This document shows positions 56,253 to 64,000 of a stretch of DNA of 64,000 nt, piece by piece. The stretch's first letter is position 1; every line of letters starts with the position of its first letter. Made by a program: the position numbers and the translations under genes. The stretch covers positions 9,321 to 73,320 of IMG/VR virus record IMGVR_UViG_3300021389_000015; one strand, given 5' to 3'. Source of the DNA: a virus. The notes beneath the pieces were generated by a model that saw nothing but the letters and a program-made list of their open reading frames with translations, was not told the DNA's origin and ran no database searches.

Positions 56253-57212
56253 ATGGCACATCAAGTTGAAACAATGGCATATGCAGGTGAAGTACCATGG
56301 CATGGTCTAGGCGTACCGGTCAGCAATGATCTTACACCAAACCAAATGATGACGAAAGCTGGTCTCGACTGGACGGTCGATCAGGTTGACTCATACGCAA
56401 CTCTACCAAGTGGTAAGAAAGTTGCTACAGGCATGAAAGCCTTAGTAAGAAGTTCAGACGATAAAGTCTTGACTAACATCGGTCAGATCTGGAATCCAGT
56501 TCAGAATGAAGAAGCTTTTGAATTCTTTTCAGAGTATGTTCTTGCTGGTGATATGGAAATGCATACAGCAGGTTCACTTAAAGGTGGACAGATGGTATGG
56601 GCTTTAGCTAAAGTCAAAGAATCATTTGATCTCTTCGGCGGTGATAAAGTTGAGTCTTACTTACTTTTCTCTAATCCGCATCTCTATGGTAAGTCTATAG
56701 ACATTAGGTTTACGCCAATCAGAGTTGTATGTAACAATACACTTTCACTTTCACTCGATCAGCAGGCTCAAAGGTCTGTAAAAGTTGGTCATAGAGTTGA
56801 ATTCAATTCTAACGAAGTTAAGAAAGCTCTTGGCATTGCATCTGATAAGTTAAAGACTTATAAAGAAATGGCAGAGTTTTTAGGTTCTAAAAGATACAAC
56901 ATTGATTCACTTATTGAGTTCTATAATAATGTTTATCCAAGAACTGCGGATAAGAGAGTTCAAAACAGATCTCTTTCTATGGAAACTCTTTCAAAGAATG
57001 CGATTGCATGTTACGATGCTTTAGAGCAACAACCCGGTGCAAAGTATGCAGAAGGTTCTTGGTGGCAAGCATTCAACTCAGTAACTTATGTTACAGATCA
57101 TCTACAAGGTAGAAATTCTGACAACAGACTTTACTCTTCATGGTTTGGTGGAAACCAGATTAAAAAAAGAAATGCTCTTAACACAGCATTAAAGTTTGCA
57201 GAGGTTGCATAA
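56253..57212 (+). CDS. DUF932/DUF945 (TIGR03299-like) phage protein
   Basis: MAHQVETMAY.GEVPWHGLG, VQN.EAF.FF, TAGSL.GG, TPIRVVCNNTL, W.AFN.VT...DH. Confidence 0.85.
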   Translation: MAHQVETMAYAGEVPWHGLGVPVSNDLTPNQMMTKAGLDWTVDQVDSYATLPSGKKVATGMKALVRSSDDKVLTNIGQIWNPVQNEEAFEFFSEYVLAGDMEMHTAGSLKGGQMVWALAKVKESFDLFGGDKVESYLLFSNPHLYGKSIDIRFTPIRVVCNNTLSLSLDQQAQRSVKVGHRVEFNSNEVKKALGIASDKLKTYKEMAEFLGSKRYNIDSLIEFYNNVYPRTADKRVQNRSLSMETLSKNAIACYDALEQQPGAKYAEGSWWQAFNSVTYVTDHLQGRNSDNRLYSSWFGGNQIKKRNALNTALKFAEVA

Positions 57213-57403
57213 TGACTGATGGTCCTTTGAAACGAGCATTTGATCTCCTAGACAGTGAAGGTGTACTGTCTAGGGAACTTACAACATTTAAAATTCGTGG
57301 TAGTCAACTAGTAAAAGAAGTTGTAACACGAACTTATTATAATAATGATTATATTGATAAAATAGCAATAACCCCAATTTATAAAATAGAAGGAGAAAAA
57401 TAA
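57212..57403 (+). CDS. hypothetical protein
   Basis: TAATG-coupled 63-aa ORF. Confidence 0.55.
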   Translation: MTDGPLKRAFDLLDSEGVLSRELTTFKIRGSQLVKEVVTRTYYNNDYIDKIAITPIYKIEGEK

Positions 57404-57588
57404 TGGGAATCATAGTATTGGTCATTGCGATGTTCAGTATGAATACGCAAGAATTTAGAGAAACAGCTAACAGCCAAATGAAAGATGGTTATGAATGGGA
57501 ATACGTCGGTAAGCAAGCACCGTCTGGTGTCCCTGCGATAACTCTTGAAGCGAATGGTGAAGAGTATATATTATGGAAACTTAAATAA
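57403..57588 (+). CDS. hypothetical protein
   Basis: TAATG-coupled; N-terminal hydrophobic segment. Confidence 0.55.
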   Translation: MGIIVLVIAMFSMNTQEFRETANSQMKDGYEWEYVGKQAPSGVPAITLEANGEEYILWKLK

Positions 57589-57806
57589 TGAATACATCAC
57601 GGAGTGTATTTAAAGACACTCTAGCCATGTCTATGGGAATGGATAGAGTTCTTAATGAGATAAGTTTTTGGGAAAATAAATCTAAGAAAGTTAAATCTGT
57701 AAAGAAAAGACTCGAAAGGTTGTATGCGGCTCGCACTCAACTAGTAGAAAACCCAAAAGAATCGAAAAGTTTAGTTGATCAATTGAAGGAGATAAACCAA
57801 TCATGA
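57588..57806 (+). CDS. hypothetical protein
   Basis: TAATG-coupled 72-aa ORF. Confidence 0.55.
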   Translation: MNTSRSVFKDTLAMSMGMDRVLNEISFWENKSKKVKSVKKRLERLYAARTQLVENPKESKSLVDQLKEINQS

Positions 57807-58210
57807 ATAAATTAACGTATATAGCATGTGCAAGCTTAGTGTTTTTTACAGGTTCTGCACATGCTAATCAAGTACGAGATCACTATAAGTCTGTCATAAG
57901 TCAAACACCTTATACAGTTGAAGTTTGTAGAGATCAAGTCACATCGGGTGACAAGACCGGAGATGCTCTTGCTGGAGCAATTATCGGTGGAATATTAGGT
58001 AACAACATCAAAGGAGAAAAAGATGGTGGAGCAATCGGAGCTATTATTGGTGGCATGCTTGGTCATTCAAATAGTAGCGCTAGTAGCGGTGTTAAGAGAT
58101 ACTGCAGGAATCAAACGCGTTATAAGGAAGAGTCTAGAACAGTCTACTCTCATTCAACAGTCACTTTCCAATACGAAGGAAAAACATATACAGTCAGGTT
58201 TCAAAAATGA
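57803..58210 (+). CDS. glycine-zipper 2TM domain protein
   Basis: Signal peptide; GAIIGGILG...GAIGAIIGGMLG. Confidence 0.8.
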   Translation: MNKLTYIACASLVFFTGSAHANQVRDHYKSVISQTPYTVEVCRDQVTSGDKTGDALAGAIIGGILGNNIKGEKDGGAIGAIIGGMLGHSNSSASSGVKRYCRNQTRYKEESRTVYSHSTVTFQYEGKTYTVRFQK

Positions 58211-58382
58211 AACATAAACTTGATATGATTGCCGCTTGGGCAAAAGAAAATGGAATTCGTGGATACGAACATTATGATCCTAATTATCGTCCAGAAGATA
58301 GGAAACGTAATAATTCTTCTCAAAAGAAAAGGTTTAACAAAAGTGTAACATTCAAGAGACGTGACCGCTAATATATAATAGT

Positions 58383-58850
58383 ATGAATGAATTAATTAAA
58401 AAGGTGTGTAAGATGGACTTAGGCAATCCCATAATGACTACTCTCGTTGGACTTGTTGTTTTTTATATAGGTCTTAAAATGTTTTCAGGTGGAATGAAAT
58501 CCATGGGAAACTTAGAACATCTTAACTTCTTTATTCATAATCCTTATTGGATGTTTGTTGGAGGAATTGTGATGACACTGTTATGGCAATCATCAAGTCT
58601 TTCAACCACCGCAATAATTGCCCTTGTGGCATCAGGCGCTGTCCCCCTTCCTGCAGCAATTGCTGCAGTTCTTGGCGCCAATATTGGAACTACTGGTACA
58701 ATTTGGTTAGCGGGACTTCTAGTTTCTGATGGTATGCCTAAAGGTGATACACTCAGAATAGCTATGGCTCATACTGGAGTCAATCTCTTAATGGCTGTAG
58801 CGTTACTTCCGTTTGTTGGTCACATAGCAAGATTTCTTCTTCGATTTTAA
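58383..58850 (+). CDS. minimal Na+/phosphate cotransporter family protein
   Basis: GLKMFS.GM, QSSS signature, LGANIGTT. Confidence 0.82.
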   Translation: MNELIKKVCKMDLGNPIMTTLVGLVVFYIGLKMFSGGMKSMGNLEHLNFFIHNPYWMFVGGIVMTLLWQSSSLSTTAIIALVASGAVPLPAAIAAVLGANIGTTGTIWLAGLLVSDGMPKGDTLRIAMAHTGVNLLMAVALLPFVGHIARFLLRF

Positions 58851-58871
58851 AACGATTTAAAAATTAATACT

Positions 58872-58893
58872 GCGTCCGTAAGGGCGCTTTTTT
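58872..58893 (+). terminator. rho-independent terminator
   Basis: GCGTCC-GTAA-GGGCGC followed by a T-tract. Confidence 0.85.
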
Positions 58894-58907
58894 AAGTTGT
58901 AAACTAT

Positions 58908-58915
58908 TATAAATA
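58908..58915 (+). promoter_or_regulatory. T4-type late promoter
   Basis: TATAAATA followed by GAATC-ATG, identical to the gp3 context. Confidence 0.85.
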
Positions 58916-58920
58916 GAATC

Positions 58921-60324
58921 ATGTTAAAATTTAAATCATACATGAGATACTTGGAGGAGCGCATGATACTCGAATTTTCGAAGATGCCGCCAGGTGAATG
59001 GGAAAAAATAAATTCTCAGACTAAAGAAACACGTATAGCTATACTAAGAAAGATCGTTAAAGCTGGTGAAGCTATTCCTTCTATTGCAGGCAAAGAAATA
59101 ATAATAAAGAATACACCAGCAAATAGAGAAGCAATTGATCGTTTAGAAAAAGAAAAGAAAACACAAGAGTTTGAAACAAATGCCGGCACAATTAAATCAA
59201 ATGAAATCGGTAAATCAAATGTATTCGGTGGAGCTACCGGAGGTTCTGGTGGCGGAACGCAGCAAACCGCTTTTGCTGAAATTACACAATGTGTTTACTG
59301 CGCGTATATGGTGAACAATACCCGTGCATCCTTTGAGTCTATCCAGCCATCTGATCTTGAAAAAGCCTATAATGCAATTTCAGTGAAAGGTGCTACATTT
59401 GAACAGGTTATGAGTCTAGATGCATCATGGCATTGGTCGGGTTATTGGACAGCACAAGAATTACTAAAGAAAAATTTAATTAATAAAAATATGTCATTCC
59501 ACCGTGATGATAAAGTTATGAATGACATTTATAAAGTAAAAGATGAAGCTCTTAAAAATTCTCAAATGAATAAGTTAAGTAATGACAAATGGAACCCTGG
59601 TGACATATGGGCAACTACTGATAAATCAATAGCCAGCAAACTACCAAAAGGTTCTATTCAGGAACTAAATAAAACACTTGTTAAACTATTTGAATCAAGA
59701 AAATTAGTAGGTATTTCATTAAAAAAGGTTCAATCTAAAAAAGGAATAAAACTTTCTATAGAAAATAAAGATGAAAGTTTAGATGTTCATAAGTTTAAAG
59801 GCGGACGATTGATGGCAACCTTTGCTAAAAAAGGTTCTGAATTCTGGAGAGGTAAAGCTGCTAACATCGAGTTTGACGGAGGTAAAGCTGCAATACGTAA
59901 TAAATCGCAATTTGCTGCTTTAACATTTGAACTAGAATTAAAAACTGCAAGAGGTGGTGGCGGAGGCTACGCACAAATAACCGATTCAATTAAAAGAAGG
60001 ATCGGTAAAACACTACCTTCAAACGCAGATCTTAAAAGAACAGCATTGGAATTAAACAAACAAGGTGAAAAGTCTCGTAATGCATTACCAATCTACAATA
60101 TGGTTAAGAAGATACATCCTACAGTTAGTAAAGAAGAATTCATGGAAGGCTTAACTACAAAGTTAGCAAATGAAGTGCATAGTAAAATTGCTTCAATACA
60201 TGTGTTGTTTCATTTAGTTGATAATATGAGAAACGGCAAAGCAGATTTGGTTGTAACAGACATGGTGAATTATGCTGGTTCTAAACTAGACATATCATCA
60301 ATTTACGCAAAGGTTTACGAATGA
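58921..60324 (+). CDS. late hypothetical protein, possible PD-(D/E)XK-like nuclease, capsid-targeting-like N-terminus
   Basis: MLKFKSYM..LEE; E....C, DKWNPGDIW, GISLKK. Confidence 0.55.
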   Translation: MLKFKSYMRYLEERMILEFSKMPPGEWEKINSQTKETRIAILRKIVKAGEAIPSIAGKEIIIKNTPANREAIDRLEKEKKTQEFETNAGTIKSNEIGKSNVFGGATGGSGGGTQQTAFAEITQCVYCAYMVNNTRASFESIQPSDLEKAYNAISVKGATFEQVMSLDASWHWSGYWTAQELLKKNLINKNMSFHRDDKVMNDIYKVKDEALKNSQMNKLSNDKWNPGDIWATTDKSIASKLPKGSIQELNKTLVKLFESRKLVGISLKKVQSKKGIKLSIENKDESLDVHKFKGGRLMATFAKKGSEFWRGKAANIEFDGGKAAIRNKSQFAALTFELELKTARGGGGGYAQITDSIKRRIGKTLPSNADLKRTALELNKQGEKSRNALPIYNMVKKIHPTVSKEEFMEGLTTKLANEVHSKIASIHVLFHLVDNMRNGKADLVVTDMVNYAGSKLDISSIYAKVYE

Positions 60325-61550
60325 TTAAATTTAAAGAATATATAACAGAACAAAAGAATACACACATGACTCACATCGAAGACAAAGTTCTTTACGGTGG
60401 TGTAGATGGAACTAGGCAAGCTATACTTGCTTTACGTTCATTAAGAGACATGTTAGCAGGAGTTAAAGATGGAAACGTTAGTGTTAAGTGGGACGGTGCA
60501 CCCGCTGTTTTCGCTGGTACTGATCCTCGCGACGGTAAATTTTTTGTGGCTAAGAAAGGCATCTTCAACGCCACGCCAAAAGTATATAAAACTAATTCTG
60601 ACGTTGACGACGATACTGGTGGTGATCTTAATGCTAAACTCAAAGCCGCATTAAAGTATTTGCCTGAACTCGGTATCAAAGGTGTAGTACAAGGTGACTT
60701 CTTATTTGATTCAAGTGATGTTAAAACTAAAAAGTTAAAAGGTAAACCTTATGTCACTTTTCATCCTAATACAATTGTATATGCAGTGCCGGCTGGAACT
60801 GAAGCTGCTAAGAAAGTTAAAGCTGCAAAGATTGGAATAGTTTGGCACACTACATACACAGGTAACACATTTGAAACAATGAAAGCTTCTTACGGTGTAG
60901 ATACTACTAAGTTTAAAAACACTAAAAATGTTTGGTCACAAGATGCAATGCTCAGAGACATGACTCAATTTACAATGACTAAAAAAGATACGGAGGAAGT
61001 TAATGCACATCTTAGTAATGCTGGCAGGATTTTTAATAAAATTTCTAGTACTACCTTACGTACTCTCGAAAACAACAATAACATTGCTCAGCTTATTGAA
61101 ACGTTTAATAATTCTTTTGTACGAAAAGGTGAAGTCATTGGTAATACCAAAACCCACGTTGCGAAGTTAATATCACACATAAAATTGAAGTTTCAAAAAG
61201 AGATAGATAAAAGAAAGAGCGAAAAAGGTAAAACTGCTCAACAACAAAAATTAAATGAAATACTTAAATTCTTTTCACCACAAAACAAAATAAGTTTGGA
61301 AATGATGTTTGAATTACAGAAATCTATAGTTCTAGCAAAATTAAAAATTATAAATATACTTAATAAGCTTAATGGCGCACAAACGTTTCTTAAGACTCGT
61401 GATGGGTATAAGGTAACGGGTCAAGAAGGGTATGTGGCCATTGACAAACTTGGTGGTGATGCAGTGAAAATCGTTGATCGTATGGAATTCTCATATGCCA
61501 ACTTTTCACCAGAAATTATAAAAGGATGGGACAAGCCGGGGAGGAACTAA
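60321..61550 (+). CDS. DUF6267-like protein with ligase-type KxDG motif
   Basis: MIKFKEYITE, KNTHMTHIED, SVKWDGAPA, QGD, EGYV, KIVDR.EFS. Confidence 0.65.
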   Translation: MIKFKEYITEQKNTHMTHIEDKVLYGGVDGTRQAILALRSLRDMLAGVKDGNVSVKWDGAPAVFAGTDPRDGKFFVAKKGIFNATPKVYKTNSDVDDDTGGDLNAKLKAALKYLPELGIKGVVQGDFLFDSSDVKTKKLKGKPYVTFHPNTIVYAVPAGTEAAKKVKAAKIGIVWHTTYTGNTFETMKASYGVDTTKFKNTKNVWSQDAMLRDMTQFTMTKKDTEEVNAHLSNAGRIFNKISSTTLRTLENNNNIAQLIETFNNSFVRKGEVIGNTKTHVAKLISHIKLKFQKEIDKRKSEKGKTAQQQKLNEILKFFSPQNKISLEMMFELQKSIVLAKLKIINILNKLNGAQTFLKTRDGYKVTGQEGYVAIDKLGGDAVKIVDRMEFSYANFSPEIIKGWDKPGRN

Positions 61551-62446
61551 TGGCACCATTAGATTTTAAACATATGACGTCTGCGGATTATAAGCCAGGC
61601 GAATCAGATGAAGTGAAATACTACGCTCAGAAACGTAAGAAGCAATATCACGGAAATGAGAGCGTACAATCAGCAGATAGAAAACCAGAAAAATATATAA
61701 AGCCTGACGGTAAAGTCGGCATACGCATGGTTAAGACTGATAAAGAAGTTATTAAAAAAGAAGCAATTGTAGATCCTAATGATTTAAAAGGTAGACCAAA
61801 AAAAGCAGATCCTAATCCTGAATCTCCTTATGGTATTAAACATCCATTACATCCAGCTAATTTGAAAAAGAAAAAAGCTAAAAGCGAAGCTTCTTCTCCT
61901 TCAGTTCTTAAACCAACTAAACCATCTGACATAACTAAACACGCTAGAACACTAGCAAAAAATCCTGGTGATTACGAACGTAATAAGAAAAAGTACATTG
62001 ATAAAGCTCGTGCTAAAGTATTTAGAATGTATCCTAGAGAAAGCTTAAACGGTTTAATGAAAGAAGAATCAATTGACGAAGCTACATGGCCAGATGAAAT
62101 GCCAAAAGAAGAAGTAGATGTTGATGAAGCCTTAAACCTACAACAGAGAATGAAGAAATCTCGATTGATGAAGAGATTAAAAACAAGAATTAAGATTGGT
62201 CGTCAAAGAGCCATGAGAAAGATGGCTAATAAAAAGACTCTTGAAAAAAGATCACGAAGACAAGCACGTAATGAAATTGCAAAGAAATTAACTCGAGGCA
62301 TACCTAAAAGCGAGCTTACATTTGCAAGAAAACAAGAAATTGAAAAGAGACTTGATAAGCCAGCGTTAAAACAAAGGATTAATAGATTAGCTAAACGCAA
62401 GTTTAAAGACGTTCGTAAGAAAGAAGTACAGAGGAAAAAAGGTTAA
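61550..62446 (+). CDS. basic, Lys/Arg-rich late protein (possible internal head protein)
   Basis: GGAGG SD before MAPLDF; repeated ES/DEA segments; highly basic C-terminal half. Confidence 0.6.
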   Translation: MAPLDFKHMTSADYKPGESDEVKYYAQKRKKQYHGNESVQSADRKPEKYIKPDGKVGIRMVKTDKEVIKKEAIVDPNDLKGRPKKADPNPESPYGIKHPLHPANLKKKKAKSEASSPSVLKPTKPSDITKHARTLAKNPGDYERNKKKYIDKARAKVFRMYPRESLNGLMKEESIDEATWPDEMPKEEVDVDEALNLQQRMKKSRLMKRLKTRIKIGRQRAMRKMANKKTLEKRSRRQARNEIAKKLTRGIPKSELTFARKQEIEKRLDKPALKQRINRLAKRKFKDVRKKEVQRKKG

Positions 62447-63636
62447 TGATAAATTCGTTTAGATCATTTCTTATTGAAGAAGACAAAACTGTATACTTTA
62501 CTTTTGGACGTATGAATCCACCTACATCGGGTCATGAAAAGTTAATGAATGAGTTATCTAAAAAATCAGGTAGTAACCCATACAGAGTGTATCTATCTCA
62601 ATCTACAGATAACAAGAAAAACCCTTTGAACTATAATTATAAAATTAAGACGGTCCGTAAATTTTTTCCAAAGCACGCCAGAAGTGTAATGCTTGATAAG
62701 AAAGTTAAGAATGTATTTGATGCAGCAACTAAATTATATTCAGAAGGATATAAGAATATCAATATGGTTGTTGGCTCAGACAGGATTAATGAATTTAAAA
62801 AGTTATTAGAAAAATACAATGGTGTAAAAGGAAGACATGGACTTTATAAGTTTAACAAAATAAACGTAATTTCAGCTGGAGACCGTGATCCAGATGCAGA
62901 TGACGTATCAGGTATGTCAGCATCAAAGATGAGAAATTTGGCGAGTAAAGGAGACTTTACACAATTCTCACAAGGGTTACCTAGAAGTGTTTCGAATAAT
63001 GAAGCTAAGAAAGTATATAATGAAGTACGTCGTGGAATGGGATTAAAAGAACAAAAAGAATATAAAACTACATTACACTTTACTCCAGTCTCTGAAGAAA
63101 GAGAGGCATATGTTAAAGGAACTCTGTTTAATATTGGTGACAGTGTTGCTTTCATGGGCAGTGACGAACTCGCTACTGTTACCAATCTTGGAAGTAATTA
63201 TGTCATTGTAGAATCAAATGGTAGGTCTTATAGAAAATGGTTAACTGATATTGAATTAGTAGAAAAGAAACAAGAAGCACCGAAGAAAGTAAAGCAAGAT
63301 CCTGATGTAAAGAAAGCACCCGGTACTCAACCGGCTCCATACTTCAAAGGTCTTTCGAAATCTACTAAGACTAAAAGACTTTCACATTTCAAAAAACACG
63401 CTAAAATGTCGGATGATAATCCGGCAGCATACAAGAAAGCACCTGGTGATGCAACAGCTAAAACTAAACCAAGTAAACATACTTTAAAGTATAGAAGAAT
63501 GTATGGTGAAGATGCTGTAGACCTCGCTAAGAAAAAAATTGAAAGAGAAAAAATAGTTGATAAGATTAAACATGCTAGAATGTTAGATCGAGCTAAAGTT
63601 AGAAAAATTAAAAACAGGAGTAAAGCTAATGCTTAA
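62446..63636 (+). CDS. cytidylyltransferase-like (HxGH) nucleotidyltransferase
   Basis: FGRMNPPTSGHEKL, VVGSDR, SAGDRDPD, MSASKMR; N-terminus MINSFRSFLIEE. Confidence 0.8.
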   Translation: MINSFRSFLIEEDKTVYFTFGRMNPPTSGHEKLMNELSKKSGSNPYRVYLSQSTDNKKNPLNYNYKIKTVRKFFPKHARSVMLDKKVKNVFDAATKLYSEGYKNINMVVGSDRINEFKKLLEKYNGVKGRHGLYKFNKINVISAGDRDPDADDVSGMSASKMRNLASKGDFTQFSQGLPRSVSNNEAKKVYNEVRRGMGLKEQKEYKTTLHFTPVSEEREAYVKGTLFNIGDSVAFMGSDELATVTNLGSNYVIVESNGRSYRKWLTDIELVEKKQEAPKKVKQDPDVKKAPGTQPAPYFKGLSKSTKTKRLSHFKKHAKMSDDNPAAYKKAPGDATAKTKPSKHTLKYRRMYGEDAVDLAKKKIEREKIVDKIKHARMLDRAKVRKIKNRSKANA

Positions 63637-64000
63637 ATTTTCAACCCATCAAGAGTTATTCGAAAACGAAGGACTCAAGAAAAAATCGGCAAAGTCTGGC
63701 ATATCTTATGGTACTTTAAAGAAAGTATATAATAGAGGAATGGCAGCTTGGAAAACCGGTCACAGGCCAGGAACCACACCTCAACAGTGGGCAATGGCAA
63801 GAGTCAATTCTTATATTGGAAAAGGTAAAGGTACTTACTACGGTGCCGATTCAGACCTCAGCGGTAAAGGTAAAAAAGAATCTGTAGATGAAGCGCACGA
63901 CGCTAAACATGTTAAACAAGCAATTGGTATAGCATCTGATCCTCGATATAAAAAAGGAAATATGACTGGTGCTGTAAAAGCTATGAATAAAATCTCCAAA
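63629..64000 (+). CDS. DUF5824-like protein (3' truncated by window)
   Basis: LKKKSAKSGISYGTLKKVYNRGMAAWKTGHRPGTTPQQWAMARVNS. Confidence 0.65.
   Translation, partial: MLKFSTHQELFENEGLKKKSAKSGISYGTLKKVYNRGMAAWKTGHRPGTTPQQWAMARVNSYIGKGKGTYYGADSDLSGKGKKESVDEAHDAKHVKQAIGIASDPRYKKGNMTGAVKAMNKISK

Noticed and set aside
58340-58382. Pho box upstream of the Na/Pi transporter
   Set aside because: Only one weak half-site-like word (TGTAAC) and no 11-bp-period direct repeat
319-63185. Many 60-125 aa antisense or nested ORFs in the track (e.g. 319-519, 4981-5343, 26278-26655, 53634-53864, 62844-63185)
   Set aside because: They overlap well-supported genes and lack SD sites or recognisable motifs
1-64000. 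Stop-codon reassignment
   Set aside because: Core genes translate full length in the standard code, and TAA, TAG and TGA all terminate genes

Overview
This window is a 64-kb, AT-rich segment of a T4-like myovirus genome. The host is probably a marine alphaproteobacterium, inferred from a phage-encoded two-piece (permuted) tmRNA with tag ANDNFAPQELAQAA. In order it contains: head and tail genes (gp22 end, gp23, gp3); the replication, recombination and late-transcription core (uvsY, uvsW, gp55, gp47, gp46, gp45, gp44, gp62, regA, gp43, an AEP-type primase-like gene, uvsX, gp41, thyX, rnh); auxiliary genes (dadA-like, glyA, grx, hsp20, iscA, phoH, a minimal Na/Pi cotransporter); a cytosine hypermodification operon (gp42-like hydroxymethylase, dCMP deaminase, UDG-fold protein, alpha-glucosyltransferase-like, NDP-sugar epimerase, atypical C5-methyltransferase); a 12-gene glycan island; an RNA locus (late promoter, glnA-type glutamine riboswitch and 33-aa peptide, near the tmRNA); a compositionally odd island (oxygenases, desaturase, radical SAM, kinase); and late proteins with T4-type capsid-targeting N-termini. 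About 19 sigma70-type early promoters and several TATAAATA late promoters are readable. All calls come from motif and family recognition by eye; no database searches were run.
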